DNA from: an uncultured Desulfurococcales archaeon
Lineage (GTDB): Archaea; Thermoproteota; Thermoprotei_A; Sulfolobales; WANQ01
Length of the DNA: 64,000 nucleotides
Assembly (NCBI GenBank): GCA_964467535.1
Contig: CAYXRT010000002.1
Coordinates: 119,387 to 183,386 of the forward strand
Direction: 5' to 3'
Position 1 is the first letter of the stretch; each line of letters starts with the position of its first letter. Shown piece after piece: positions 35,203 to 45,601 of this stretch. Under the pieces are notes generated by a model. The model was not told where the DNA came from, made no database searches, and saw only the letters and a program-made list of their open reading frames with translations. The position numbers and the translations under genes were made by a program.

Positions 35203-36146
35203 GATCTAACAATACCTATGAGTTCTAGTAATTCACAAACCTTACATATATTCCTATTATATGACGTAGGCTCACCACATTTAATACACGAAGGTAGTTT
35301 TGGGAGCATTTTTGTATTTCTAATTAATTTTTCAGTAACCTTATCTATGAGTTCTAAAAACTTAAGAAGCGATCCAGGGTTTGTTGTCTCCAACATTCTA
35401 AGGTAAACTCTAGTTCTTGCTCTAAGTGTAGGTCGCTGAATAATATACTTGCACTCAGTTTCCTGGAATTCGAACCCATTTAAGTAAGCATAATATGTAG
35501 TTTCCCATTCATATATCTTTCTTAACGGCTTGATCTTTCTCACAATCCCTGTATGAAGTATTGGTGATTTGGGGTGCTGTGTAGACAAGCGCATTAAATC
35601 ACCTCTAAGGATATTAATTAATGCTGTCTGCGCCTCATCGTCAAGGTTATGTGCTGTGGCAAGTTTATTCACATTAAGTTTTCTAGCGTACATATTCATT
35701 ATTCTTCTCCTAATTGTCCCGCAGAAGGTGCATGGAGACACATTTATGGATTTCTTAACAGCTTTTTCAACTAACTCACTAAGACTTGCACCCACCTCCT
35801 CTTTAAAACTAGTAACTACCACATCAATACCTCTTTCACGAGCATACTTTTTTAAACGATCGATGTATTCCGCTCTATTATATCCCTCAATACCTTCAAT
35901 TATTGATAAGCCTATGAGCCTTGATGGATCATGTATCCTGCTTAGAACGTCGAGCAAGACAAAACTATCTTTACCTCCAGAAACAGCTAATAAAATTCTA
36001 TCATTTGGCTTAATCATTTCATATTTCTCGATTTCCTTCTTTACTCTACTTACTATGTTCTCCGTGAAACACTTTGAACATAGTCTTCTACGTGTATGTG
36101 GCTGATATATTACTGCTTCTCTTGATTTACAAACATCACATATCAT
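35199..36146 (-). CDS. PP-loop tRNA 2-thiolation protein (TtuA/NcsA/Ctu1 family)
   Basis: 315 aa. An N-terminal CDVC..CSKC zinc finger, PP-loop AVSGGKDS, ATAHNLDDEAQT and a C-terminal CIKCG..CKVC. Confidence 0.85.
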   Translation of the reverse strand: MICDVCKSREAVIYQPHTRRRLCSKCFTENIVSRVKKEIEKYEMIKPNDRILLAVSGGKDSFVLLDVLSRIHDPSRLIGLSIIEGIEGYNRAEYIDRLKKYARERGIDVVVTSFKEEVGASLSELVEKAVKKSINVSPCTFCGTIRRRIMNMYARKLNVNKLATAHNLDDEAQTALINILRGDLMRLSTQHPKSPILHTGIVRKIKPLRKIYEWETTYYAYLNGFEFQETECKYIIQRPTLRARTRVYLRMLETTNPGSLLKFLELIDKVTEKLIRNTKMLPKLPSCIKCGEPTSYNRNICKVCELLELIGIVRS

Positions 36147-36158
36147 TTTATTACACTT

Positions 36159-36452
36159 TTATCCTTGACTTCTTCGAGATGTAGGTACTTCAACTACTCT
36201 TTCACCTGCAACTACTTGGTCAATGCTATGTATGACTGCACCTGAATCTTCAATAACTCTCTTAACCTCTTCAAAATCTATATCATTACCCTCAATCGTT
36301 ATTGTTAATGTAAGGGTCTCTACATCAACTTCGCTAACGGTGATATTTACTCCTTCAACACCTTTGATACTCGATATGATGCGAGCAAGTTCAATTATTG
36401 AAGGCTCCTTTATAGGCTTAAGTACATCTAATACTATACGCCTAAGCCTCAT
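36159..36452 (-). CDS. DUF211-family protein (COG1888)
   Basis: 97 aa. [52 protein letters not shown] matches my recollection of the family pattern. Confidence 0.6.
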   Translation of the reverse strand: MRLRRIVLDVLKPIKEPSIIELARIISSIKGVEGVNITVSEVDVETLTLTITIEGNDIDFEEVKRVIEDSGAVIHSIDQVVAGERVVEVPTSRRSQG

Positions 36453-36567
36453 AGATTAAATCATCCTCTAATAGTTAGTCTAACACTCACTACCTAAGTT
36501 TTGAAGCACTATCTGGATAATAAATTTAATAACCTAATCACAAGCTTGACTCTTAGGGCGACACACT

Positions 36568-36870
36568 ATGGGAAACGAAATACCTTTACCTAAACCATTA
36601 GTAAAGAAACCTAGATTAATTAAGTATGGGGGCATCGATCAAGGGCTTAGGGAGGGTAAAGGATTTAGCATTGCTGAGCTTAGAGCAGCAGGTCTTACGG
36701 TAAAAGAGGCTAAGGACCTACGTATTAGAGTTGATAAATATAGGAAAACAGCATATCCTTGGAATATTAAGGCATTAATAGATTTCCTCAACAAAATCAA
36801 ATGGTACGAGAAGAAGGGTGTTAAACCACCATCTATCCCAGATACTGAGGAATCAGGAAAGGCAGAATAG
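36568..36870 (+). CDS. rpl13e: 50S ribosomal protein L13e
   Basis: 100 aa. REGKGFSIAELRAAGLTVKEAKDLRIRVDKYRK resembles the L13e core. The family occurs in Crenarchaeota. Confidence 0.7.
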   Translation: MGNEIPLPKPLVKKPRLIKYGGIDQGLREGKGFSIAELRAAGLTVKEAKDLRIRVDKYRKTAYPWNIKALIDFLNKIKWYEKKGVKPPSIPDTEESGKAE

Positions 36871-37009
36871 CCCATTCTTGGAATATTTATAGAAAGTTTA
36901 TGACACGACTCCTCCGAAGAAGGAATTGAGCTTATTTAAGCTAGGAATAAGATGGGCTAAGCTAGGTTTACCATTGGTTTATTGATGGTATTGGCTGTTG
37001 TGCTATATA

Positions 37010-37417
37010 CTATTCCAATACACTAATGGTCTCTACCTCTTCAAAGGATCTATCGACGTATCCTCTGACTACTTTACGTGCTTTAAGCCTCGACACTATG
37101 TATTCAAAGGCTCTCTCTGGATCGGTATGTGTTCCACAAGAATATACATCAACAGTAGCAAAGGAGAATTCAGGCCATGTGTGTACTGTTATATGGCTTT
37201 CAAGCACTATTGCTACAACACTTACCCCTAACCCTATCTTCCATGACCGAACGTCAAGTAGAGTCATATTACCTTTGCGAGCTGCCTCGATTACTGTATT
37301 CCTTAAATACTCTTCATCTATCAATGCATCATAATCGCAGTCATAGAGATTACCGTAGATATGCTTTCCCACCACCTTTTCTATTTTCTTTAACATAATT
37401 CCTTCTCTTGCTAGCAT
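37010..37417 (-). CDS. Pyruvoyl-dependent S-adenosylmethionine decarboxylase-family proenzyme (AdoMetDC or crenarchaeal arginine decarboxylase paralog)
   Basis: 135 aa; a second Met lies 8 codons in. The self-cleavage site context is [12 protein letters not shown], and YSCG follows downstream. Confidence 0.85.
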   Translation of the reverse strand: MLAREGIMLKKIEKVVGKHIYGNLYDCDYDALIDEEYLRNTVIEAARKGNMTLLDVRSWKIGLGVSVVAIVLESHITVHTWPEFSFATVDVYSCGTHTDPERAFEYIVSRLKARKVVRGYVDRSFEEVETISVLE

Positions 37418-37479
37418 CCCCTTTACCCCTCTGGGGTTAATGAGGGATAACCCTATAAATTTTTACCCCCCTTCTGAAG

Positions 37480-38355
37480 TTGGTAGCTCTGCGCATGGGA
37501 CTCAATAAATCCGCCCCTATAAGAGTAGAACCTTATACTAGATGTACCTCAGGTGACATAGCAGAATTCGTACTATTACTTCCCAGCAGAGAATATGTTG
37601 GTACATTAATAGATAGATTAGAGGAATTTGAAGTCGAAACAAAAATAGAAGGTAAAGGACCCTACCTTACAATAACTGGTAAATATAAAGGAGAGCTTCC
37701 AATTACAATAGCTTCAGCTGGACCAGGAGGCCCTGCATTAGCTATTGCTATTGAGGAATATACTCACTTAGGTGCTAGAGTTTTCATTAAGGTTGGTTTT
37801 GCAACAGCACTATCAACACGTGTAGGCATAGGAGATATAGTATTAGCGGCGACAGCTATTAGAGGTGAAGGTACTTCACAGCACTATCTCCCAATAGGCT
37901 ATCCAGCTTACGCCAACATAAGCCTCCTAAAATATGCAGAAGATGCCATAAGAGCCTATAATGCTGTAAAACCTAAAGGTCAGGAAATCGGCTACTTTAT
38001 AGGAACGATACTATCAACAGACGTCCTATACAATGTAGAGCATCTATTAAGAACCTGGAGTAGTGTAGATGTATTAGCTGTAGACATGGAAACTTCAGTA
38101 CTCTACATCCTATCAAGTCTAAGAAAGACAAAAGCACTATCAGTATTAGTAATAGATAGTAATGTAGTAAAAGGAATTCCGCCAGGAGAATTAAGTGCCG
38201 ATTACCGTCTTGCAGAGATGGCCCAACGTGTAACTGAAACAATAATAGAAGTATCGAAGATAATGCTAGATGTAATGATGAGATTAAGAACAGAAGTAGT
38301 AGGTGAAAAAGAGTTAAAGAGGCCTGCAACAAGTGGTGAGAAGGGATCTAGATAA
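37480..38355 (+). CDS. Nucleoside phosphorylase, PNP/UDP family 1 (MTA/purine/uridine phosphorylase)
   Basis: 291 aa; TTG at 37480 or ATG at 37495. Motifs SAGPGGPALAIAIEE and LAVDMETSVLY. TATAAATTTTT lies at 37454-37464 upstream. Confidence 0.8.
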   Translation: MVALRMGLNKSAPIRVEPYTRCTSGDIAEFVLLLPSREYVGTLIDRLEEFEVETKIEGKGPYLTITGKYKGELPITIASAGPGGPALAIAIEEYTHLGARVFIKVGFATALSTRVGIGDIVLAATAIRGEGTSQHYLPIGYPAYANISLLKYAEDAIRAYNAVKPKGQEIGYFIGTILSTDVLYNVEHLLRTWSSVDVLAVDMETSVLYILSSLRKTKALSVLVIDSNVVKGIPPGELSADYRLAEMAQRVTETIIEVSKIMLDVMMRLRTEVVGEKELKRPATSGEKGSR

Positions 38356-38500
38356 GGCAATAGATTTAATTGATGAATTAGAGTCGCTACTCATAGAGCT
38401 TATGTCTTCAAGTAATGTTCCACCTGGATTAAGGCTAAGAATATATCAATTATTAGTTGACTTAAGGGAAATATTAACTAGGGTAAGAACTAGGCTATGA
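38336..38500 (+). CDS. Possible small helical protein (54 aa, GTG start)
   Basis: (M)RRDLDKAIDLIDELESLLIELMSSSNVPPGLRLRIYQLLVDLREILTRVRTRL. It overlaps the phosphorylase stop by 20 nt. Below the ORF-track cutoff. No homology recognised. Confidence 0.25.
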   Translation: MRRDLDKAIDLIDELESLLIELMSSSNVPPGLRLRIYQLLVDLREILTRVRTRL

Positions 38501-38572
38501 ATGTAATCAAATCCTTCAAAAAGCTGAGAACTTAAAAATCTATGAAGTCGGAGATAAGGGAGAATAGAGAGT

Positions 38573-39067
38573 ATGGCGCTTCCAGGCATATTAGTAAAAC
38601 AATATATAGAGGACTTAATTAATGAAGAAAAGCAAGTACAACCAGCAGGCATAGACTTAACGATCATGAGGGTATGCATGTTAGAGGAAGCAGGAGAGCT
38701 AGGCTTTGTACACAGAAAAATCCCAAAAGGCAAAGAATTAAAGACAACTAATGGTTATTGGGAGCTACCTCCAGGAGCATATAGAATAACTTATAGAGAG
38801 ATAGTTAAGATTCCAGAAGATGCTGTTGGAATATGCTTACCCCGCTCATCACTAATTAGAATGGGTGCTACAATATTCTCAGCAGTTTGGGATCCGGGCT
38901 ATATAGGGCGTGGTGAAGGACTTCTAGTGGTATTTAATCCCTATGGAATAAAGCTAGAAAAGAATGCGAGAATAGCTCAACTTATACTCATAAAGTTAAC
39001 TCAAAAACCACATACCATATATAGGGGGACATATTATGGAGAAAACATCAATATCAATAAACTATGA
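38573..39067 (+). CDS. dut: dUTP diphosphatase (dCTP deaminase/dUTPase superfamily, archaeal type)
   Basis: 164 aa with QPAGIDLT, RSSLIRMG and AVWDPGYIGRGEGLL motifs. Confidence 0.85.
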   Translation: MALPGILVKQYIEDLINEEKQVQPAGIDLTIMRVCMLEEAGELGFVHRKIPKGKELKTTNGYWELPPGAYRITYREIVKIPEDAVGICLPRSSLIRMGATIFSAVWDPGYIGRGEGLLVVFNPYGIKLEKNARIAQLILIKLTQKPHTIYRGTYYGENININKL

Positions 39068-40049
39068 CAACATAAAGTTGACAAGTAAAGCAATAAAAGA
39101 AATCATAAGTAACATCAAACCTGATCCTTTTACCGATCCTCAATATTATCCGCCCCTTAATGCTCCTGAAGAGCAAGTGTTAAGGTACTTTATATTTATG
39201 GTGGCTATAGACCATAGAACGAGTAGGCCCGGAAGACCATATGAAGCTGAAATAGATGGCAAAATATACCATGGAGCTGATTTGCTTTATAGACTTGGGA
39301 TAAATAAATGGAATATGGAACCTGAATTCTTTAGTCCTATACGAATGGCTAATATATCAATAGATGAAGTTAAAAAATGGCTTACGGTTAAGTATAAGGG
39401 TAAGGAGATATGCGTACCCGATATAGAGTTAAGAGCTCTCTTGTTAAGAGATTTAGGAATAAAACTAGTAAAGATTTATAATGGAAGTGTTAAGAATTTA
39501 ATAAAATCCACTGATAACAGAATTAAACTAATTAATAAAGGGCTTGTCAATAGACTTAAGATATTCACAGCCTATGAAGATCCAGTTGAAAAGAAAATAT
39601 ATCTATTTATTAAGTTCATTACCAGAAGGAAATTATTTAATCCCATAGATAAAGAAAACCTTGAAGTCCCCGTGGATAATCATGTAACGAGAATTGCTCT
39701 TAGACTAGGTTATGTACAGGTAGAAGGAAAGCTATATGAAAAAATTATAAAGGGAATAGAAGTTTCATGGGAGGAGGATATCCTTATTCGAATGTCTGTT
39801 AGGATAGCATTCAAATATTTATCCAATATAACCAAAATAGAACCAACTATATTAGACGATTTTCTATGGTTATTTGGAAGAACATGTTGTACTAGAGAAG
39901 AACCTAAGTGTAATACCTATGATGAAAAATGCCTCAGATATGGGTGGTGCAATCATAGTGGATGTATACTAAGAAACTTATGTCCCATAGGCAAAGGTGA
40001 GACTAATATAATTAATGAACATACATACTACAATACATGGTATTACTAA
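39036..40049 (+). CDS. HhH-GPD-superfamily DNA-glycosylase-like protein with C-terminal Cys cluster
   Basis: 337 aa. VPVDNHVTRIALRLGYV resembles the EndoIII-type VDTHV.R motif. The C-terminal GRTCCTREEPKCN..C..GWCNHSGC..LCP suggests an Fe-S cluster loop. Confidence 0.5.
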   Translation: MEKTSISINYDNIKLTSKAIKEIISNIKPDPFTDPQYYPPLNAPEEQVLRYFIFMVAIDHRTSRPGRPYEAEIDGKIYHGADLLYRLGINKWNMEPEFFSPIRMANISIDEVKKWLTVKYKGKEICVPDIELRALLLRDLGIKLVKIYNGSVKNLIKSTDNRIKLINKGLVNRLKIFTAYEDPVEKKIYLFIKFITRRKLFNPIDKENLEVPVDNHVTRIALRLGYVQVEGKLYEKIIKGIEVSWEEDILIRMSVRIAFKYLSNITKIEPTILDDFLWLFGRTCCTREEPKCNTYDEKCLRYGWCNHSGCILRNLCPIGKGETNIINEHTYYNTWYY

Positions 40050-40255
40050 TGAAATGGAGCTCTACTAATCATAACATGTAATATCTTTATCACTAGGAAA
40101 CCACCAGAAATGAGTATTAACAGCTTAAGTAGAAACAGATTAGGCTTTATTAGCTTGAATACGGATAGAAGCATATAAATCCATATTAAAACAAACGTCG
40201 ATATAAGTATTAGGTCTATGATAGTCAACGTTGATACCACCTCCTTAAATATCAC
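40046..40255 (-). CDS. Small membrane protein
   Basis: 69 aa with two hydrophobic helices. Confidence 0.45.
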   Translation of the reverse strand: MIFKEVVSTLTIIDLILISTFVLIWIYMLLSVFKLIKPNLFLLKLLILISGGFLVIKILHVMISRAPFH

Positions 40256-40298
40256 TAGTCTAAATTTTTCTCCCCCTAAATAATGTATTAGGAGGGAG

Positions 40299-41684
40299 AT
40301 GGGTTTGGGCAGGCTATTTGGTACTGATGGTGTTAGAGGAGTAGTAAACGTAGAATTAGACCCACTATTTGCATTAAAGCTAGGATACGCTATAGGTACA
40401 TTCTTTGGTGAAGGCTCAAGGATATTAATAGGTAGAGATGTAAGAATAGGTGGCTTAATGATTATGAGAGCAGTAGAAGCAGGACTTATGAGTGCAGGAG
40501 TTAAGGTATATGAAGCTGATCTAATAACTACACCAGCACTACAACATTCTATAAGGAGCGAAGGATTTGATGGTGGGGTAATGATAACCGCAAGTCATAA
40601 TCCTCCACAGTATAATGGAATAAAAGTGTTGAGTAGTCAGGGAATAGAGATATCTAGGGATCAAGAAAGGGAAATTGAAGAAATATTCTTCACAAGCAGA
40701 TTTAGGAAGGTTTCGTGGAGTAATATACCATACGATATAATAAAGATGGAAGGTTTAATAGAAAAGTACACTAATTGGGTTATTAGCCTCGTGGATAAGG
40801 AGGCAATTATGCGTAAGAGGTTTACTGTTGTAATTGATTCCGCAAATAGTACTCCCTCATTAACAACACCATTAGTGGCTAGAAAGCTTGGAGCTAAGGT
40901 TGTAAGTATTAACTCAAATTTAGACCCATTCTTTCCCTCTAGACATCCAGAACCATCACCTGAAACATTAAAAGAAACAGCAAATATTGTAGCAAATATA
41001 AAAGCTGATATAGGTATAGCTCATGATGCGGACGGTGATAGGGGCATAGTTATCGATGATAAAGGTAGAATTCATTGGGGAGATAGGTCTGCTGCTATAT
41101 TAGCTAAGTTCCTAGCGGAAAAACATCCTGAACTACCTAAGAAAGTGTATACTGCCGTATCATCAAGCATATTAGTTGAAGAATACTTAAAGCCCTTCGG
41201 TATAGAGGTTGTATGGACTAAAGTAGGAAGTATTGATATAAGCTATCTTATGCTATCTCAAGGAGGAGGTATTTGCGGGTTCGAGGAAAACGGGGGTTTC
41301 ATGTATCCAAAACACTTGATAGTAAGAGATGGAACAATGAAATTAGCCTTAATGTTAGAGCTGCTAGCTCACGAGAGAAGAAAGCTATCAGAAATAATGG
41401 ATGAATTACCAAAGTACTACCCCATTAAAACTAAGATACCCATGAAGAGAGAGGTGGCATTAAAAGTTGTTGAAGAAATCAAGAAAATATATTCTAATTA
41501 CCGTATGATAACAATTGATGGCATCAAGGTATTTGGTAACGACTTTTGGTTCCTTGTAAGGCCTAGTGGCACGGAACCCATATTAAGGATAATGGTTGAG
41601 GCGAAGGATGAGAGTAAAGCTAAAAGTATAGTAAAGGAACTCACTAAGATAGCTAAAAGCGTGGCTGAAAACCTTGAAATATAG
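40299..41684 (+). CDS. Phosphohexomutase (phosphoglucosamine mutase / phosphomannomutase family)
   Basis: 461 aa. Active-site [13 protein letters not shown], metal site AHDADGDR and the sugar loop GFEENGG. Confidence 0.9.
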   Translation: MGLGRLFGTDGVRGVVNVELDPLFALKLGYAIGTFFGEGSRILIGRDVRIGGLMIMRAVEAGLMSAGVKVYEADLITTPALQHSIRSEGFDGGVMITASHNPPQYNGIKVLSSQGIEISRDQEREIEEIFFTSRFRKVSWSNIPYDIIKMEGLIEKYTNWVISLVDKEAIMRKRFTVVIDSANSTPSLTTPLVARKLGAKVVSINSNLDPFFPSRHPEPSPETLKETANIVANIKADIGIAHDADGDRGIVIDDKGRIHWGDRSAAILAKFLAEKHPELPKKVYTAVSSSILVEEYLKPFGIEVVWTKVGSIDISYLMLSQGGGICGFEENGGFMYPKHLIVRDGTMKLALMLELLAHERRKLSEIMDELPKYYPIKTKIPMKREVALKVVEEIKKIYSNYRMITIDGIKVFGNDFWFLVRPSGTEPILRIMVEAKDESKAKSIVKELTKIAKSVAENLEI

Positions 41685-42063
41685 ACTCCTAGACCTACTT
41701 GCATGCCCTATATGCAAACATTTTCCATTAGAACTAATTGTTATAGAGAGAAAAGTCTATGAAAGAAAGCTTGAACAAGAAAAACCCTTCTGTGAGCTAT
41801 ATTGCGGTTACTTAGTAAAATATATAAAAGACATTAAGGAATATCCCTGCGATGAATGTATAAAATATGAAGTAGTTACAGGCGTCTTATACTGTACAAA
41901 ATGTAATAGGTGGTATCCAATAATAGATGAAATACCTAGAATGCTACCAGATGAATTAAGAAATAAAAATGAAGATCTAAAATTCCTTAGAAAATATCAG
42001 GATAAATTGTCTTCCAAGATAGTCTATGAAGGTAAACCATTTAATCTAAAGGAGAGCCGGTGA
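41674..42063 (+). CDS. Trm112-family zinc-ribbon protein
   Basis: 129 aa. [13 protein letters not shown] and [19 protein letters not shown]. Confidence 0.7.
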   Translation: MKYRLLDLLACPICKHFPLELIVIERKVYERKLEQEKPFCELYCGYLVKYIKDIKEYPCDECIKYEVVTGVLYCTKCNRWYPIIDEIPRMLPDELRNKNEDLKFLRKYQDKLSSKIVYEGKPFNLKESR

Positions 42064-42111
42064 CCTTTTTAACTTGAGTTACCCTATTAAATTAGCTAGA
42101 AGAATACCTAG

Positions 42112-42531
42112 GTGGTATATAATATGGCATCATTTTTTGGAAACCTGGAAGAATGGGTAAAAATGCAGAAATCAATGCTAGAGACTATGAGAAAAGTTGA
42201 TGCAATGTTAAAAGACGCCGATAGATTGGATTTAATAGTTGCATCAAGAACAGCATTCCAGCATATAATGAGAACCATTAGGGCATTTGATCAATGGCTT
42301 CAAGACCCATTAATTATAAGTCACATGCCTAAGAAGCTCTTAGTTGAAGTAAGAGAAAGAATATGGAAAATATTAGAGGAACTCCTATTACTAGACATTG
42401 AACATACAAGTAAAGTAAAGGAGCATTTAGAAAAACTCATGAAGGAAGGAAAAATCAATCCACTACTATGGACACGTCCAGTCGAAGAAGAAAGAATATC
42501 AAGAAGAAGAATATCAACTGTAACCATATAA
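42112..42531 (+). CDS. Hypothetical helical protein
   Basis: 139-aa ORF; the Met at 42124 is also possible. No motif recognised with confidence. Confidence 0.5.
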   Translation: MVYNMASFFGNLEEWVKMQKSMLETMRKVDAMLKDADRLDLIVASRTAFQHIMRTIRAFDQWLQDPLIISHMPKKLLVEVRERIWKILEELLLLDIEHTSKVKEHLEKLMKEGKINPLLWTRPVEEERISRRRISTVTI

Positions 42532-42598
42532 TACTAAGTGGCTGATGAGGATCTTAAATCCAAAGCCGTATTTTCAAAATAATTGTATTAGAAATGCA

Positions 42599-43090
42599 TT
42601 ATGGTGTCCTTCTGCGTCTACGTCTCATCATTCTAGCTAGTTCTCTAATAGTCATCTCCACCTCAGCATCTATTGATTGAATTCTTGACCTTAACTCCTC
42701 AATAGACTTAGAGAGTTTCTCAATATCTGGTTCTAGTATTTTAGTCTTTTCTAAGAATTCATTACCAAGACTAGTTACTCTAAGCTTTTTGTTTCTAGGA
42801 TTAGTTTCCAATAATCCTACGTAGAGTAAAGCTACCATATCCTCTTTTAACTCTTTACTAGATGGCACATTTCCTATAACTAGAAATTTGTATCCTAGAT
42901 CAATACCTTTATCTTTAGCTAAGTGATATACTAAGTACTGAAGCGCTTTTTCTGAAATTTCCCCATACGATTTTATAGTGTATAGTAGCTTTATTTTTCT
43001 AGGATCCCTTTCTACATCTTTAAGTGTGACAACATATCTTGTGATAATTTTTAGTTCTTTACTCTTTGTAGATGAAGTTTTAGATGACAT
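42599..43090 (-). CDS. Hypothetical protein with poly-Arg tail
   Basis: 163 aa. Possible winged-helix-like middle, C-terminal coiled segment and MMRRRRRRTP tail. Confidence 0.5.
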   Translation of the reverse strand: MSSKTSSTKSKELKIITRYVVTLKDVERDPRKIKLLYTIKSYGEISEKALQYLVYHLAKDKGIDLGYKFLVIGNVPSSKELKEDMVALLYVGLLETNPRNKKLRVTSLGNEFLEKTKILEPDIEKLSKSIEELRSRIQSIDAEVEMTIRELARMMRRRRRRTP

Positions 43091-43117
43091 ATTCGATCAC
43101 CTATGATCTAGGATCTA

Positions 43118-44032
43118 TTATTCTAGTTCCTCTTTAATTTTTCTTAATGCCTCACTGAAACTTATACCTTGATCTACTAGGGTTCTTATTCTGAATTTTA
43201 ATATTTCCTCTCCCTGTTCCCCATAGATTTCCTTGTACCTAGATGCAAGTTCATTATATAAGGCCTTAGCATCCGGCATTTTCTTTGTAGGTTTAAGTAC
43301 TATGGTTTTTTCCTTGCCAATTAATGAACGCACTAATGATATTATTCTAGATAATTTGTCTGCAAGTAGGTTAATGGCTCTAATTTCTAGTGCTCTCCAA
43401 GAACCATATACAATAAATGTAATGAGTATTAATATTATACTTGAGGGAACCATAAGTAGTGAGACAATATCTCCTGTTGATATATACATAATTCCATAGA
43501 CAATTAATGAGTATATGCCGCCGAGACATAGATATATTGAATATATTTTAATATCCTCAATCGATAACATTGAGGCAAGTAATAAGATAATTAATGGTAT
43601 GATCCTTAGATCTATACCTCCATGAACATAAACTATCGTAGCAATATAGATTATCGGAATACTTAGAAGTATGAGAACTCCTATAATATTATCCTTTGTT
43701 ACCTGTAGATAAAGTCTATGTACTTGATCTTTAATGTTTTTGACCTCATGTTTTATTTCATTTAGCTTGCTTTCATCTATGTCTTCAACACTTATAATTT
43801 CACTCATTTTACCTATAGACGATATTAATGACTTTACCATAGAAATATATAGCCTATTAGGCATTTTAATGGTGATACTAAGTATCTTTGAAGAAGCTTC
43901 TTTTAGATCATTAATTAATTCTCTTTGTAAACTAAAGTATTCACCATATAATTCGGTTTTACTTAGCCAATATATTATGTTCCTAATAGTGTACCCTATT
44001 CCTTTAATTAATTCGTTTAGAGACTTGAGCAT
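43118..44032 (-). CDS. Hypothetical membrane protein
   Basis: 304 aa. Soluble N- and C-terminal helical regions flank about 4 TM helices. Confidence 0.5.
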   Translation of the reverse strand: MLKSLNELIKGIGYTIRNIIYWLSKTELYGEYFSLQRELINDLKEASSKILSITIKMPNRLYISMVKSLISSIGKMSEIISVEDIDESKLNEIKHEVKNIKDQVHRLYLQVTKDNIIGVLILLSIPIIYIATIVYVHGGIDLRIIPLIILLLASMLSIEDIKIYSIYLCLGGIYSLIVYGIMYISTGDIVSLLMVPSSIILILITFIVYGSWRALEIRAINLLADKLSRIISLVRSLIGKEKTIVLKPTKKMPDAKALYNELASRYKEIYGEQGEEILKFRIRTLVDQGISFSEALRKIKEELE

Positions 44033-44054
44033 TAGTTATTCACCTTAATATAAG

Positions 44055-44127
44055 GGTTCAGTCGCCGCTGATTTCATCAGGACCCCCAGCCCCTAAGGGC
44101 TCGGAACATGACTCTACATCATCACCT
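44055..44127 (-). ncRNA. Candidate C/D box sRNA with extended D'-C' spacer
   Basis: The minus strand reads GUGAUGA (C, plus 44118-44124) + UGUAGAGUCAUGUU + CCGA (D'-like) + a 20-nt GC-rich spacer (GCCCUUAGGGGCUGGGGGUC, GCCC/GGGC hairpin) + CUGAUGA (C', core UGAUGA at plus 44074-44079) + AAUCAGCGGCGA (12 nt) + CUGA (D, plus 44058-44061). It is a GC-rich island in an AT-rich spacer. Confidence 0.5.
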
Positions 44128-44231
44128 AATACTGTTTCTATAACAAAAGCTTATAAAAAGTATATAATATCAATAATCTACTGGTACATGTACAATTATG
44201 ATTCATTAATTTACCCTAGAGGTGAACATGG

Positions 44232-45599
44232 ATGCCTGAAATTAGAGAGATAAGTGTTAGACCGAGTAGAGGTTTAAGGAGGATAGGTGCTCATAGTCAT
44301 ATTAAGGGTTTAGGATTAGACGAGAAGGGGAGGGCACGAAGAGTAGCTGCTGGTCTCGTAGGTCAGGTAGAGGCTAGAGAAGCTGCTGGCATTATTGTTA
44401 AAATGATTAGAGAAGGTAAGATGGCTGGTAGGGGTATACTTCTTGTAGGTCCTCCAGGTACAGGTAAAACAGCATTAGCTGTAGCAATAGCTAGAGAACT
44501 CGGTGAAGATACACCATTTGTAGCATTATCTGGTTCAGAAATATATTCTACCGAAATGAAGAAAACTGAAGTATTAATGCAGGCGATAAGGAAAGCTATA
44601 GGAATTAGACTAAGAGAGCTAAGGAAGGTATATGAAGGCGTTGTTAAGGACATTAGGGTAAGGAGGGTAAGACACCCATTTAATCCATACATGCTTGTTC
44701 CTAGGGAAGCTAAAATAACATTAGCTACCAAAGATGACGAAGTAACATTATCGGTAAGTGAGGAAATAGCAGTTCAATTATTACAGATGGGTATAAGGAA
44801 AGGAGATGTTATATGGATAGATGCTGAAACAGGGAGAGTACATAAGCTAGGTAGGTGTAGGGGTATTGAGAAGGCAAAATACTTTGATATTGAAGCTGAA
44901 AGATTTATTGAAATGCCTAAAGGTCCTGTGAAAAAAGAAAAGGAAATAATACATACACTAACTCTCCATGATCTCGATATGTTATTCGCTGCACAAAGAT
45001 TAACCATTACAGCTCTACTAGGTTTTGAAGTTGAAAGAGAAATTAGCCCTGAGATAAGACGTGAAGTGGATAAACAGGTTAGAAAGTGGGTTGAAGAGGA
45101 AAGAGGTGAAGTAGTTCCCGGAGTTTTATTCATCGACGACGCACATATGCTAGACATAGAGAGCTTTAGTTTCCTCTCAAGAGCTATGGAGAGTGAACTT
45201 GCTCCAATAATTATATTAGCAACTAATAGAGGTATAACGACAATACGTGGAACAGACCTTAAATCACCTCATGGAATGCCTTTAGACTTACTTGATAGAC
45301 TACTGATAATACCTACAAAGCCGTATACAGAGGATGAAATTAGGGAGATTATCAAAATAAGAGCTAAAGAAGAGAATGTATCACTAACTGATGAAGCTCT
45401 CGAACTATTGACTAAGATAGGTGTTGAAGCAAGCCTTAGATACGCCATACAATTAATGGAACCTGCAAGAATAATAGCTTCAAGGAAGGGTAGAGATGAA
45501 GTATTCAAGGAAGATATTGAAGAGGCAAGAAAACTATTTATAGATGTAAGACAGAGCGTAGATTACATAAGAAGATATGAAGAAATGTGGCTTAAGTAA
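44232..45599 (+). CDS. TIP49/RuvB-like AAA+ ATPase
   Basis: 455 aa. [13 protein letters not shown], Walker [15 protein letters not shown], Walker [13 protein letters not shown]. Confidence 0.9.
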   Translation: MPEIREISVRPSRGLRRIGAHSHIKGLGLDEKGRARRVAAGLVGQVEAREAAGIIVKMIREGKMAGRGILLVGPPGTGKTALAVAIARELGEDTPFVALSGSEIYSTEMKKTEVLMQAIRKAIGIRLRELRKVYEGVVKDIRVRRVRHPFNPYMLVPREAKITLATKDDEVTLSVSEEIAVQLLQMGIRKGDVIWIDAETGRVHKLGRCRGIEKAKYFDIEAERFIEMPKGPVKKEKEIIHTLTLHDLDMLFAAQRLTITALLGFEVEREISPEIRREVDKQVRKWVEEERGEVVPGVLFIDDAHMLDIESFSFLSRAMESELAPIIILATNRGITTIRGTDLKSPHGMPLDLLDRLLIIPTKPYTEDEIREIIKIRAKEENVSLTDEALELLTKIGVEASLRYAIQLMEPARIIASRKGRDEVFKEDIEEARKLFIDVRQSVDYIRRYEEMWLK

Positions 45600-45601
45600 G
45601 C

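Noticed and set aside
35569-36105. 178-aa plus-strand ORF inside the TtuA/NcsA-like gene
   Set aside because: It is antisense to a gene with clear PP-loop and zinc-finger motifs. The product is S/L-rich and featureless.
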